This document shows positions 49,612-64,000 of a DNA stretch of 64,000 nt, piece after piece. Made by a program: the position numbers and the translations under genes. The stretch comes from Mobula birostris (Eukaryota), in NCBI RefSeq assembly GCF_030028105.1, contig NC_092374.1, positions 177,778,057-177,842,056 on the forward strand, in the 5' to 3' direction. How positions within the stretch are numbered: the first letter of the stretch is position 1; each line of letters begins with the position of its first letter. Below the pieces are notes generated by a model, which was given only the letters and a program-made list of their open reading frames with translations, had not been told where the DNA came from and searched no databases.

Positions 49612-50101
49612 CCAATCATCGACTACAGTCGTTATTACTCTTCCTTCGCACTTTGTCATGTCACAGGCAAGACAGAATATTTCGCTGCACCATCTCACCA
49701 TCAATGACCCAAGCAGTACATAGATGAAGCAACGACTCACGTGTGTCTTTTCCAATATGTGTCAATGCAGTGGTTATTTACTTAGCGATCTCCACTACAC
49801 AAGACAAAACAAGTACAGATTAAGGACTACTTAACAGATCACATTTGTGCCGTATACAGTTCCAAACAGGAGGACTGATGCACATCCCATCATTTCGCTT
49901 TAATTTCAAAAAAATTTCATTTCTTTCTCGGTTTGGAAGAACCCGGTGGTGGACCGTGATTCGAAGGAGCAAAATGCCGCAGTCGGCTGCGGATCGGTGA
50001 ATATTACTTTCGGAAGAGTTGAACTCCAACTTGACCACATTTGGCTGTTCAAATATAATGGAATATTTTTGGGTCTTTTGGTCTTTCTATGAATAAGATA
50101 A

Positions 50102-50273
50102 AATCTGCAGATGCTGGAAATACAAGCGTCACACACAAAATGCTGGAGGAACTCAGTAGGCCAAGGCAGCATTGTACTGCCGACGGGTTTCTGCCCGAAA
50201 CATCCACAATACTTTGTTCCATAGATGCTGCCTGGCCTGCTGAGTTCCTCCAGTACTTTCTGTCTGTTGCTTG
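50102..50273. mobile_element. Miniature palindromic pLTR-derived element, copy 2
   Basis: Duplicate of 10641-10812. Confidence 0.75.
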
Positions 50274-51739
50274 CTATTTTTTTTTACCTTTTGTTCCTTT
50301 ACAAACCCTTCAGTTAAGTTCAAATTCATGAATATAATTCCTTTAATCATATGCAGTGTGATGCCTCTTATTTCATGGCACTGATTTGTAACAGGGTAGC
50401 AAATGAAATGGTATCCACACAAACGGAGGATTGGGGTGGAGGAACCGTTTCAATCTCACGGTTTTAGCAGAACCGGAGTGTGTATTCCCTGGACATGCGC
50501 AGCCAGGGACACCACCGGGGTTTCACCTAGATTGGATGGGAGGAGTAAATTGCTAAATGTGGAAACGTACTATTTGTCCATTGTGTGACTGTCAACAAGT
50601 GTCATGTATTTATGAACACTTGTAAAGCATTATGAGCGGAGGCGGTTTACCTTCAAATTTAGACCATTCTTAAATGCTGTCAGCGACTGCTTCCACCGCA
50701 CGGTCGAGTTGGGCATTCTACTTACGCAGCACTGTCTGGATGAAAACCCCACAGTTATATCCAAACGATATCGCGTAACACTAATCCTAAATATGTGTCC
50801 TCCATCTGTATAAACCCACAACGAAATATATCGTACATTCCACACTGTCTATAACCTTACTGAATGTACAGTATACAACGTAGTCATGCCTTCTGAATGT
50901 TATTTCTTTTTCTGCTGTATTGCTCTGAAAAGAGAAAGGGTGTCAGCTTAGATTAAATTAAAGCCAACGACACGATGCTGTGTGAGGTCTATTGGTTTAC
51001 CTCCAGTACATAGTCTTCTGTGTGCTCAGTAAGGTTTTGGGAAATTACTGGAGGACCGAGTAGGGGAAGGTGAGCGGAGCTAAACACAGAAATACTTTTT
51101 TCAAGATCGGGAACAGATATATTTTACCCGAGTATCGGTGAGTGTGACATGCAAGGTCGCCTCGGAAATGGACTGGTATTTATGTTTCATGCGCCATGTT
51201 AACAATTTTCTAGTCGGGAGGGATATTTTTTATTACAACATATTCATTGATTTCTGAGAATAAAATCAGGCCTATGAGGTGTTATGTAGTTAAACCAGTT
51301 TTCCCAGTCTGAATCACATTGTTCCAGTTTATGGTTAACAGATGCTGTTATCTTCTGCATTTTGTAAATGTCCATTTGAATTCCCATCCATGCATTTAAA
51401 GTTGGGCTCTCCTGTGATAGCCATTTCCTGGAAAGAGTCTTTTTTGCTGGTCACCAGCCACATATTCATTGCTTATTTATCACTTTTCAGCTATTCTTGA
51501 GGTACTGCATATACCCAAAATATATGGTCTTACTTTCTAAGGGCATTTTACACTTAAAGATATCTTGATAGGGCATTGTGTATCCCACTCCAATAATCTT
51601 TGATAACGGGGAATTCCCAGAAAATATGATAATCGTTTGCATTTTGATTTCCACAATTACTCCAGCAAACAGGGAGCTTACTATCATCCAAGTTGCTGGT
51701 GAACGCAGCAGGCCAGGCAGCATCTCTAGGAAGAGGTAC

Positions 51740-51775
51740 AGTCGACGTTTCGGGCCGAGACCCTTCGTCAGGACT
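51740..51775 (-). ncRNA. Minimal hammerhead ribozyme, copy 2
   Basis: Identical to 12279-12314. Confidence 0.8.
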
Positions 51776-53756
51776 AACTGAAGGAAGAGCTAATAAGAGA
51801 TTTGAAAGTGGGAGCAGGAGGGGGAGATCCAAAACGATAGGAGTAGACAGGAGGGGGAGGGATGGAGCCAAGAGCTGGACAGGCGATTGGCAAAAGGGAT
51901 ATGACAGGATCATGGGACAGGAGGCCCAGGAAGAAGGAACAGCGGGAGGGGGGGAAACACAGAGGATTGGCAAGTGGTATAGTCAGAGGGACAGAGGGAG
52001 AAAAAGGAGAGAGAAAGAGAGAGAATGTGTGTATATAAAGAAATAACGGATGGGGTATGAGGGGGAGGTGGGGTATTAGCGGAAGTTAGTGAAGAATGTT
52101 CATGCCATCAGGTTTGAGGCTACCCAGACGGAATATGAGGTGTCGTTCCTCCAACCTGAGTGTGGCTTCATCGTTACAGTAGAGGAGGCCGTGAATAGAC
52201 ATATCAGAATGGGAATGGGATGTGGAATTAAAATGTGTGGCCGCTGGAAGATTCTCCTTTCTCTGTTGGAGAGAGCGTAGGTGCACAGCGAAACGATCTC
52301 CCAGTCTGCGTCGGGTCTAGCCAATATATATAAGGCCACATCGGGAACACCGGACGCAGTATATCACCCCAGCCAACTCACAGATGAAGTGTCGCCTCAC
52401 CTGGAAGGACCGTCCGGGGCCCTGAATGGCGGTAAGGGAGGAAGTGTAAGGGCATGTGTAGCACTTGTTCCGCTTACAAGGATAAGTGCCAGGAGGGAGA
52501 TCAGTGGGGAGGGATGGGGGGGACGAATGGACAAGGGAGTCTCGTACGGAGCGATCCCTGCGGAAAGCGGGGGTGCGGGGAGGGAAAGATGTGCTTAGTG
52601 GTAGGATCCCGTTGGACGAGGCGGAAATTACGGAGAATAATATGTTGGACCCGGAGGCTGGTGGGGTGGTAGGTGAGGACAAGGGGAACCCTATTCCTAG
52701 TGGGGTGACGGGAGGATGGAGTGAGAGCAGATGTGTGTGAAATGGGGGAGATGCGTTGAGAGCAGAGTTGATGGTGGAGGAAGGGAAGCCCCTTTCTTTA
52801 AAAAAGGAGGACATCTCCCACGTCCTGGAATGAAAAGTCTGCTCCTGAGAGCAGATGCGGCGGAGACGGAGGCATTGCGAGAAGGGGATGGCATTTTTGC
52901 AAGAGACACGGTGAGAAGAGGAATAGTCCAGATAGCTGCAAAGAGTCAGTAGGCTTATAGTAGACATCAGTAGATAAGCTGTCTCCAGAGATAGAGACAG
53001 AAAGATCTAGAAAGGGGAGGGAGGTGTCGGAAATGAACCAGGTAAACTTGCGAGCAGGGTGAAAGTTGGAGGCAAAGTTAACAAAGTCAACGAGATCAGC
53101 ATGCGTGCAGGAAGCAGCGCCAATGGAGTCGTCGAGGAAGCGAAGGAAAAGTGGGGCACCGATACCAGAATAGGTTTGGAACATAGATTGTTCCACAAAG
53201 CCAACAAAAAGACAGGCATAGCTAGGACACATACGGGTGCCCATAGCTACACCTTTAGTTTGGAGGAAGTGGGAGGAGCCAAAGGAGAAATTATTAAGAG
53301 TAAGGACTAATTCTGCTAGACGGAGCAGAGTGGTGGTAGAGAGGAACTGATTAGGTGTGGAATCCAAAAAGTAGCCGAAAGCTTTGAGACCTTCCTGATG
53401 GGGGATGGAAGTATATAGGGACTGGACATACATGGTTATAATAAAGCGGTGGGGGCCAGGGAACTTAAAATCATCAGAAACTTTAACAGCGTGAGAAGTG
53501 TCACTTTCTCTCTCACTCCTTTTTCTCCCTCTGTCCCTCTCACTATCCCCCTTGGCCATCCTCTGGGTCCCCCCACCCCCAACTTTTCCTTCTCCCTGGG
53601 CCTCCTGTCCCATGATCCATGATCCGCACATATCCCTTTTGCCAATCACCTGTCCAGCTCTTGGCTCCATCCCTCCCCTTCCTCTCTTCTCCTATCATTT
53701 TGGAACCCTACTTCCCCCTCCCACTTTCAAATCTCTTACTAGCTCTTCTTTCAGTT

Positions 53757-53792
53757 AGTCCTGACGAAGGGTCTCGTCTTGAAACGTCGACT
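53757..53792 (+). ncRNA. Hammerhead motif with weakened stem II, copy 2
   Basis: Identical to 14296-14331. Confidence 0.65.
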
Positions 53793-56582
53793 GTACCTCT
53801 TCCTAGAAATGCTGCCTGGCCTACTGCGTTCACCAGCAACTTTGATGTGTGTTGCTGGAATTTCCAGCATCTGCAGAATTCCTCCTGTTTAGATTACTAT
53901 CATAATGGGATTTCTGACAGGGTGCAATAAAATACCTTATCAAGTTTTTCCATCCGAACTCCCTCTATTTCTGTGAGCTGGTAAACTTCCATTGATACTT
54001 CCATATTATTTTCCATTCTTCCTCAGATATAATTATTCCTCCTTCCTTCTCCCATTTTGTTTTAATGTATGAAGACGAACATATTTTAAGATTTGACCAA
54101 CCCTTATACACGCTTGAAATGATTCTACTACCGTTATCTGAATTATATACTTTTCTAAATAATGCTATCAAACATGTACTTGCCTTGGTTACATTTTAAT
54201 CGTCCTACTAACATACTGTCGCAACTGTAAAAACCGATAAAAGTCTTGTTTTCCTAATAAGTGTTTCTCTTTAAGCATTTTAAAACTGAACAGTGTTCCA
54301 TCTTTCATTATATTGCAAGAGCTGTTATTCCATTGGCTGCCCAGTCTTTAAATATAGCATCCAGCTTATTCGGCGTAAAAACCGAGTCATAAGCACACCA
54401 TTTAAGAATTACAATATCTCCCTCTAGTATATAATCTTTTATAACAATTTCCCATATTTTAACAGTCCATTTGACCCATGGGTTATCAATGGTATTTGTG
54501 TACTTTTGTAGATTGTTATCAGCCAACATTGTCTGTATGAGGATGGAAGTATCCCCTCATCAATGGTATTCCATTGAGCCTCATGTGATGGGTTGCACCA
54601 ACGTATAACAGCTCTCAACTGTGCTGCAAAATAGTAATCTCTAAGAGAAGGTAGGTCCCATCCCCCCACCCCTGTCCCTGGCAAATTGGAATGTTTTGAG
54701 CCGTACTCTAGGCCTTTTTTCTTGCCATATATAACTTAATAACATTTTGTTCCATTCATTGAATTGATTTTGATTAATCTCTATTAGTAGGGTCTGAAAA
54801 AGATATAATAGTCTGGGAAGTTTATTCATTTTAATTGATTCAATCCTTGAACTGAGACTAAAAAAGATTAGGTTCCATCTTGTTATATCTTCCTTAATTT
54901 TCTTATATATATGCTGGTAATTGCATTCTGATTATTTTGCCAAATCTTTAGGTATAATGATGCCCAAATTTTTGAAAGACTCTGTCATGCCCAGGGATAT
55001 CTACTTTCAATTTCTGTACAACTAGGGTTTGTCTCCAGTTGCTACCGGGGAAGGTTATGGAATACTAAAAATAGAACGACTGCTACCTCTATTTTAGGAT
55101 TTCTACCCGCGCTGACTCAATAGACAATCGCTCCAAGACGACCTCTCTGTCTGCATTTCTCTTTATCCCTTATTAGCAACGGCTGCCTCTTCATCTTTTG
55201 ATCCTTTCCCCAACCGTATGGGAACATTAACACTCTGGAAAATCAAGAAGCCAATCCAAAACTTCCGACGACCGCGACAACCATATCCTTGTAATAGAAA
55301 TAACATCGTAATTTCTTGCAATGATCCATGCTCTAATGTACATCATCCTCATTCGTAATACTACTCAAATTGATGCAAACATACTTCCATCCATCTGACT
55401 GACGAACGTTCTACCCTATCCTATCCCAAAAGTCACTCTGCACATTGTCTCTACCTTTGCACCAACTTCAACGTCATCGAACTTAACACTCATCGTCCCA
55501 TCTTTCTGCCAACCAAGAGTAAGCCTTCCCCATCATCTCTAGCAAACGTGTCCTTAAGGGCAGTGGTCGCTCGGGAGATTAGTAGTAAGGGATCTATTTT
55601 ATGCAGAACATACCTTACTCACAAGAGGCCGCAAATGATTAACAAATCTGAAAAACTACCTGTGGCTCTCACTTCTGCAACACCATGTTTCAAACACTGC
55701 CACCGCCTTCACTTATGAGCCAGTAACCTTTCAAGTAACAGAAAATCAATCTCACCTAACAGCTATTAGAGAAGTTCCTGCAGTTCTTGACCAGAGCCAG
55801 GAAAGTAAAATGCCGGAAGTTGTATCTGTCTGAGAAGGTCCGTTGTATATTAGGATAAGAACATATAGGTGCCTTGTGCGAAGCAAGAGTAGGAAGTAAA
55901 ATGAAAGGTCTGTGGATGAACATTGCTGGATGTTTCAACGGGCAGTTCGAAAACAGAATTAAAATATGTTCAGTCCCAGATATGCATCAGAGGTATGGAA
56001 ATTATTGAATAGGATGCTAATGGAAGGTATCAATTCGCATCTGGAAAGAAAACCAGCACGGCATGGTGTAGCGGAAGACTTAACAGAAAACTCCGTTTGA
56101 GTTCTTTGAAAAACTAATGGAGGAGGAAGAGGATCGTAGGAGGATCAATGGCGCCTGATGACGACTCCTTTACTTGCTTCTTCGCAAACAGCTTGATTTC
56201 CATTTTTACTATCTCTATTTTTCTCTTTCAGGGCTCTTTTGAAAACCCTGACCTGGAGTTACACTCTGACTACGGTTCTTTGCGGAAGTAGGACTAGCTC
56301 TCGGGGTTACAGGACTGGGTGTTATTCGGCACGCCAAGTGCGCGGGCTAAGAGCCAGCTCGCCTTCGGAAGGCCGAGAGCTCATGGCTCTGCAGACGGGC
56401 GGATCTAAGGCCGTTATCCAGGCAGAAGATCGGTGTGTCATGGGAGATGGAAAATCTAAGTTTGTGTGCCCAGCGACCCGAGATCTTTGGGCACAGCGCT
56501 CGGAAAAAGCGACGCTACGGACTTCTAACATCATAAACCAGTGAGTTGTCTGTTATGTTTCCCCTCTCGCTGTGTAACAGAG

Positions 56583-59500
56583 GAGAAAGGAGTCTGAGAA
56601 TCGGAGCAGGAGTGCGGCGGGAGCCATTTTGATTTTTTCTACTTATGATCTGAGTTAACAAAGGCGGCACCGCGCAAGCGTGTGACGTCTGGCAGTGAAG
56701 CGCGAAAGATTTAAAAGGAACACAGCCTTATACAGCGGGCAGCGCAATGAGCCGGGAGCAGAGTGAAGGCTTATGGACGTTGGCTCAACGGGATTAGGAG
56801 GAGACGGGAGAGGCAAAGTAGGCTTAGTTTTCTTTTTTTTCTGTTATTTGAAGAAAGGGGGAGAAATGATTATGAGCATTTAAACCCTGCCTTGACTAGC
56901 ATTCTCTGCCAGTTCGTCCCAGATTCTGACCTGTGTCGTTCAACCCTGTCATTGTGACTTCTGCCACCCGATTTTTGCCTGATTCTGCGTTTTGGATTTT
57001 GCCTGTTCCTGGACCTGATTTTTGCCTGCGCGCTCTGGATTGTCTGCCCTGGCCTAACTGCTTTTCCTGGTAAGACCTCAGCCTGCCATTTCGGATTCGT
57101 GTCTGCCTTCTGCTTTTGAATGACTGTTGTCTTTGTGCTCCCTAAAATACCCTGGTGAAAAAGTATTCGTTGCTCTGCACTTGAGTCCTGCCGAAACCCG
57201 ACAGTTTCTGATTGCGTCCAAGGTATCCTGAAGTGGGAGGGTGAGCAGTCAGAGGCCGTGGTACATATAGGTACTAATGACATAGATAAGAAAAGGGAAG
57301 AGGTCCTGAAAGGAGAACATAGGGAGTTAGGAAAGAAGTTGAGAAGAAGGACCGCAAAGGTAGTAATCTCGGGATTACTGCCTGTGCCACACTACAGTGA
57401 GAGTAGGAATGCAATGAGGTGGAGGATAAATGCGTGGCTGACGGATTGGAGCAGGAGACAGAGATTCAAGTTTCTGGATCATTGGGAAGTCTTTTGGCGC
57501 AGGTCTGACCTGTACAAAAAGGACGGGTTGCACTTGAATCCTAGGGGGGCAAATATCCTGGCGGGGAGATTTGCGAAGGCTGCTGGAGAGACTTTAAACT
57601 ACAATGGCTGGCGGGGAGGGTCGGTGGGAATCAAATTGAAGAAACTAGGATACAGGAGGTTAGTTCACAAATAGAGAAAGCTAGCAGACCGTGTTTGAGG
57701 GAGGATAGGCAGGGGATGGAGAACGGGAGCGCTCAGACCGATGATGTAGGGGAGAAGGAAGAAAAAGTTAACAAAGTTCTTTGCAACATTAGAGATAATC
57801 AAAGAGTAAAAGGTGGAGAGTTTCTTAAATGCATCTATTTTAATGCTGGGAGCATTGTAAGAAAGGTGGACGAGCTTAGAGCGTGGATTGATACCTGGAA
57901 ATATGATGTTGTAGCTATTAGTGAAACATGGTTGCAGGAGGGGTGTGATCGGCAACTAAATATTCCTGGATTTAGTTGTGTCAGCTATGATAGAATCGAA
58001 GGGGCAAGCAAGAGCGGGAGGTGCTGCATTGCTTGTGAGAGAAAATATTACAACGGTGCTTTGGCAGGATAGATTAGTGGACTCGTCTAGGGAGGCTATT
58101 TGGGTGTAATTAATGAATGGGAAAAGTGTAGAAACGCTTATAGGGGTGTATTATAGACCACCTAATGGGGAGCGAGAACTGGAGGAGCAAATTTGTAAGG
58201 AGATAGCAGATGATTGTAGTGAGCACAAGGTTGTGATTGTGGGAGATTTTAATTTTCCACACATAGACTGGGAAACCCAATTTGTAAAAGAGCTGGATGG
58301 ATTGGAGTTTGTAAAATGTGTGAAAAATAGTTTTTTTGCAGCAATACATAGAGGTACCAGCAAGAGAATTGGCAGTGTTGGATCAACTGTTAGGGAATGA
58401 GATAGGTCAGGTGACGGAGATAGGTGTTGGGGAGCACTTCGGGTCCAGTCAACACAATGCCATTAGTTTCAATATAATTATGGACAAGGATAGGACTGGA
58501 CCCAAGTTTGGGATTTTTGATTGGAGAAAGGGTAACTTTGAGGAGATGCGAAAGGATTTAAAAGGAGTGGATTGGGACAATTTGTTTTATAGGAAGGATG
58601 TGATAGAGAAATGGAGGTCTTTTCAAGGTGAAATTTTGAGGGTACAGAATCTTTATGTTCCTGTTAGGTTGAAAGGAAAGGTTAAAACGTTTGAGAGAGT
58701 CATGGTTTCCAGGGGATATTGGAAACTTGGTTCGGAAAAAGAGAGAGATCTACAACAGAAATACGCAGCTTGGAGTAAATGACGTGCTCGAGGAATATAA
58801 AGAGTGTAAAACGAATCTGAAGAAAGAATTAGAAATGCTAAAAGAAGCCATGAGGTTGCTTTGTCAAATAAGGTGAAAATGAATCCAAAGGGTTTCTACT
58901 GTTATATTAATAGCAAAAGGGTAGTGAGGAATAAAATTGGTCCCTTAGAAAGTCAGAGTGGACGGCTATGTGCGGAGCCAAAAGAGATGGGGGAGTTTTT
59001 GAACAATTTCTTTTCTTTGGTTTTCACTGAGGAGAAGGATATTGAATTCTATAAGGTAATGGAAACAGGCAGAGAAGTTATACAAACTAGGATGATTGAG
59101 GAAGAGGGAGTACTGGCGCTTTTAAGGAATATAAACGTGCATTAGTATCCGGGTCCTGTCAGGATATTCACTTGGAACTTGGGGGAAGTCAATGTGGAAA
59201 ATAGCAGGGAGTCTGACAGACATGTTTCAAATGTCATTAGAAACTGGATGGTGCCAGAGAATTGGCGTATTGCTCATGTTGTTCCATTCTTCAAAAAGTG
59301 TTCTAAGAGTAAACCTAGCAATTATCGGCCTGTGACTTTGACATCAGTGGTGGGTAAATTGATAGAAAGTATTCGTAGACATGGTATGTATAATTATCTG
59401 AATAGACAGGGTCTGATTAGGAACAGTCAACATGGATTTGTTTCGTGGAAAATCATATTTGACAAATCTTATTGAATTCTTTTGAAGAGGTTACCAGGTA

Positions 59501-60722
59501 AATTGGCGAGGGTAAAGCGGTAAACGTTGTCTATATGGACTTCATTAGGGCCTTTGACAAGGTCCCACATAGAAGTATAGTTAGGAAGGTTCAATCATTA
59601 GGTATTAATATTGAAGTAGTAAAATGGATTCAGCAGTGGCTGGATGCGAAACGCCAGACAGCAGCAGTGGATAACTGTTTGTCAGACTGGAGGCTGGTGA
59701 CTAGTGGTGTGTCTTAGGAATCTGTACTGGTTCAATATTGTTTGTCATATATATTAATGATCTGGATGATATGGTGGTAAATTGGATTGATAAGTATGCA
59801 GATGGTACGATGATAGATGGAGCTGTGGATAATGACTTAGGTTTTCAAAGCTTGCAGAAAGATTTAGTCCAGTTAGAAGAATGGACTGAAAGATGGCAGA
59901 TGGAGTTTAATGCTACTAAATGTGAGGTGCTACATTTCGGTAGGACTAATCAAAATAGGACATACCTGGTAAATGGCAGGGCTTTGAAGAATGCAGTAGA
60001 ACAGAGGGATCTAGGAAAAATGGTGCATAGTTCCCTGAAGGTGGAATCTCATGTGCATAGGGTATTGAAGAAAGCTTTTGGTATGCTGGCCTTCATAAAT
60101 CAGAGCATTGAGTATGGTAGTTGGGAGGTAATGTTGAAATTGTATAAGGCATTGGTAAAGCCAAATTTGGAGTATTGTGTACAGTTCTGTTCACCGAATT
60201 ATAAGGAAGCCGTCAACAAAATGGAGAGAGTGCAGAGAAGGCTTACTAAAATGTTACCTGGGTTTCATCTCCTAAGTTACAGAGAAAGGTTGAACAAGTT
60301 GCGTCTTTATTCTTAGGAGCCCAGAAGGTTGATAGGGGACTTGTTAGACGTACTTAAAATTATGAGAGGGATAGATAGAGTTGCCGTGGATAGGATTTTT
60401 CCATTGAGAGTAGGGGAGATTCTAACAAGAGGACATGAGTTGCGAGTTAAAGGGCAAAAGTTTAGGAGTAACAGGAGGGGGGACTTATTTACTCAGAGAG
60501 TGGTAGCTGTGTCGAACGAGCTTCCAGCAGGAGTGGTTGAGGCAGGTTCGATGTTGTTATTTAAAGTTAACTTGGATAGCTATATGGACTGGAAAGGAAT
60601 GCAGGGTTATGGGCTGAGTGCAGGTCCGTGGGACTAGGTGAGAGTAAGAGTTCGGCACGGATTAGAAGAGCCGAGATGGTCTGTTTCCGTTCTGTAATTG
60701 TTATATGTTATATGGTTATATG
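56583..60722 (+). mobile_element. Near-full-length degenerate CR1, copy 2
   Basis: Duplicate of 17121-21260. Confidence 0.92.
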
Positions 60723-61452
60723 GTAACGGAGACGCATCTTTTTTCCCTTATTATGGAGAAAGAGAGCCTGTGGTATGTCGAATAACGGATGAACGAGCAG
60801 TTTTTGGAGTGCTGCAAGTCTGCGTCTTTGCTGTTGCTTTGGTCACGTTGGAGTACTCGGTGGCGGGTACCGATTTTTTTGTTTTGCCGGTAGGGGGAGG
60901 TATGATCGTTGAATGCTGCCGCTTATACGCGGGAGAGAGTGGAGTTTGCGGCATTTTAGGTTTCCAATTAACTGTCATTCATTCTGTGGGCATTACCCTG
61001 CTTTCGTGGATGGTTGTGAAGAAAAACCACTTCAGGATGTACATTGTAGACAATTGTCTGACTTTAAATATACCTTTGAAAACCTTGAAAATAATTAATG
61101 AGGCTCAGTCATTGGATGATATATACATGGACGATTGGCAAAGTGCCTATTACAAGGGACTATCATAATGCGTTCATTTGAAAATTCACAGATTCGATTC
61201 AGAGTCTGTTTTTCCATAATGACAACGGATAATGGTGGAAGAGTATTATTCTGACTAAGTGTTCCGTCATGATCAGCGTTGTGGCCTCTGTAATTTGTGA
61301 TGCATGTACGTCGCATGGACGAAATTTTAATTTGGGTTGATTCGTAAGTTTGAAGAAAGTATGGTTAGTAAGAAATGAATTGTCTGTAATGATTTGCTTC
61401 AGAGTGCTACCGTAAAGCCCCATCTAAGATGCCTCCAGTGTGCTTAAAAACA

Positions 61453-63163
61453 TGGTGCACATACCGAGGATGGAGGATTAAACCGAAATAACGGAAGGTT
61501 GATGACAATACCTTCAATATGCAGATAAAATCAGGCTGCTGTTGAATCCCAAGGGAGGAATTTCTAGACCTAGGAGATGTCTTTTAGAGAACCTTCAGGT
61601 TGAGCCCAGCAGGGGATTCCCGATTCTGGATTGAGTGTTGTGCAATGGACCAGAATTTATTAAAGAGTTTACGGTAAAAGAACCTTTAGGGCAAGTGATC
61701 CTTAATCGAATTCACACTTAAATCTCAGAAGGACGTATCAGATTTACGGTGGAATAAATAGAATCACGGAGGTATGAGAGAGGGGGTGGCCAAAATTAGT
61801 TCCAAATGGACAATGACAGTGATTACAGCTGAGCAATAATGGTTGGAATTTCTGGATGCAATTCGGAAGGCACAGGATGTGTACACCGCAAAGAGAAAGA
61901 AGACCGTTAAAGGCAATGTGACACAATGCTCACTAGCAAGAGCAGTCAAAGCCAACATATAAACCAAAGAGATGGCATAAAATAAAGAAAATGTTCATGG
62001 GAAGTTAGAGGATTGGAAAGGTTTTTAAAAAACAACAAAGAGAAAGTAAAAAGGCATTAAGAAGAAAAAATGGAAAACGAAATTAAGCGAGATAATACTA
62101 CGACAAAGGATATCAAACGCTCCTTCAGAAAAATAGAATGTAAAAGAGAGGCGAGGGGATATATCTGGCCACTTGAAAATGGTGCTCGAGGGCTAGTAAT
62201 GGGGGTGGAAGAAACGAGCAGATTGGTCAACGTTATAGAGTGTCACGGGTAAACAGAGTGTGAAGCTGCCATTACTCGGGAGAAGGTGACAGGGAACTTG
62301 AAAGGTCAGAATGTAGATAGGTCACCAGGACCATAGGTGTACATCGCAGGGTTCTGAAAGCGTTTGCAGAAGAGATTGAGGAGGCATCAGTAATAATCTT
62401 TCAATAATAACTAGATTCCTCAATGGTACCGGAAGAGTGAAAGATTGTAAATGTCTCCCCACACTCTAAGACGGGAAAGAGACAGAAGAAAGTTAATTGC
62501 AAACCAATTGGTCTGCCCTCAGCTGTGCAGAACATGGTGGAGTTGAATGTTAAGGATATAGTTTCGGGGTACCTAGAGACACACAATAAATTTGACCATA
62601 GTCAGCATTGTTGACTGACTGGAAACTCTTGCCTGACAAACTTGTGGGAATATTTTGAAAAAAAAGTAACAACCAGGATAGACAAAGGAGGATTGCCTGA
62701 TGGTGTGTACTTCTATTTTCAGAAGACACTTCACAAAGTGGCACATATGAGTGCGTTTAAGAAGTTAAGAGCCAATTTTATTACAGGAAAGATAACAGCG
62801 TGGATAAAGGTAGTGACTGAATGGCAGGAGGGAATAAAGGGAACATTTTCTGAGTGGGAATCAAGGGGTCCTTTTCTGATTGGCTGCTGATGACTAGTGG
62901 TGAACCACTAGTCTCACTGTGAGTACCTTTCGCCTTCATCTTAGGAAGGATGTGCAGACACTAGAGACGGTTCAAAGGATGCTCAGGAAAATGATGCCTG
63001 GCTTGAGTTGCTTGTCATATGAAGAGCTAATAGTGGCACTGTTCCTGTATTCACTGCAGTTCAGCAGAATGAGAGGTGTCTTCACTGGAAACTATCGAAT
63101 GCTGAAAGGCCTTGATCGGGTGGATATGGAGAGTATGTTTACTATGGTGGGATGGTGTAAGTT
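61453..63163 (+). mobile_element. Old degenerate CR1, copy 2
   Basis: Duplicate of 21990-23700. Confidence 0.8.
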
Positions 63164-64000
63164 AGAAGTTCACATTGCAGTGCTAATTGTGGGGAATATT
63201 CCAGTGCTGCAGGGAGAGGAGGTTCTGAGTCAGTAAGGGAATGAATCTGTCGATCTAGGCAGAACACAATGCATGAGTGATCACAGCAAAGACTATTATT
63301 TAGGCCTGTAATTAGTGTGAAGGATATTGAAGTAAATGTTTGCAGCAATCCCGAAGATGGGTATAGTAATTGTAATCGGCGAATTTATTAATATAAACAT
63401 GCGATCTGACGGCAGTAACATCTGGTGCAATAAGGGGGAGACTCTGTAATGTGTTCCGGATAAAAAAAAAACCTTGATTATCATTTCTTTCTTCAACGTG
63501 CAAGTCAAGATTACTACGCTGTTTTTCTGGCAAATGATCCAAGCCACGAAGATTCAATGTGGATGGGAGCACCTGGAAACAGGGGTGAATTTCTCAAGAA
63601 GTGCTGAGATTATTATAAGGTGGGTAAAGAAATAACCTATTTAGTCTTGTAATAGACACATCGAAGATTGGGACAATCTAGTTAAATGCGATGAGCCAAT
63701 TGCAGACATGTCAGATTCATCGCGAACAGGTTTAGAAAAGAAAGGTGCACGGCACCTTTCTTTTAATTTATTGCAACATATATAAAACACCAATAACGAA
63801 ATAATGCTTTCAGGTGTTGAATAACAAAGAGGAAGAAGGTCCAAAACGTGTAAGATCTGTTTCCACGAAGAATCCTCTTCAATTCATGGTCTGTGCTACG
63901 ACGAAAAGCGCAGACTGGCGGCAACTTGTGAAGCATTTATGCGAACGACAACGTCATATTCGTCCTCCGGTTCAAGCTCCACTGCCACGTCCGTGGCATC

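Larger units (their letters stand above)
51688..53893 (-). mobile_element. Penelope-like element, copy 2
   Basis: Duplicate of 12227-14432 with the same TSD. Confidence 0.93.
51221..55016 (-). mobile_element. L1-clade ORF2 3' half, copy 2
   Basis: Duplicate of 11760-15555. Confidence 0.87.
39461..64000 (+). repeat. Tandem segmental duplication, copy 2 (runs off the window end 3 bp short of the second gene B stop codon)
   Basis: Collinear with 1-24534, differing only by scattered SNVs and 1-2 bp indels. Confidence 0.98.

Overview
Vertebrate genomic DNA, most likely from a cartilaginous fish such as a ray (inferred from the CR1-dominated repeat landscape, the Penelope family and the receptor type). 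The window holds about 1.6 copies of a ~39.46-kb tandem unit: 1-24534 recurs at 39461-64000 with ~99.7-99.8% identity by eye. The unit carries two intact, two-exon class A GPCR genes of the GPR139/GPR142-like type: gene A (+, 325 aa; 1292-3006 and 40751-42465) and gene B (-, 315 aa; 24538-26605). They are ~70% identical with no gaps and differ mostly in their extracellular/pocket half, as expected of a diversifying chemosensory-type receptor family. Gene A has an apparent in-frame template-switch micro-inversion that rewrote five TM7 codons. The rest is nested, decayed retroelements: CR1, L1-clade, Rex/Babar-like, RTE, a Penelope-like element with inverted pLTRs and minimal hammerhead ribozymes, and an internally deleted Gmr1-like Gypsy element with a tRNA-Pro PBS and CTAC target-site duplication. 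A 142-nt N block sits at the same position in the gene A intron in both copies. All alignments and counts were made by eye; no database searches were run.
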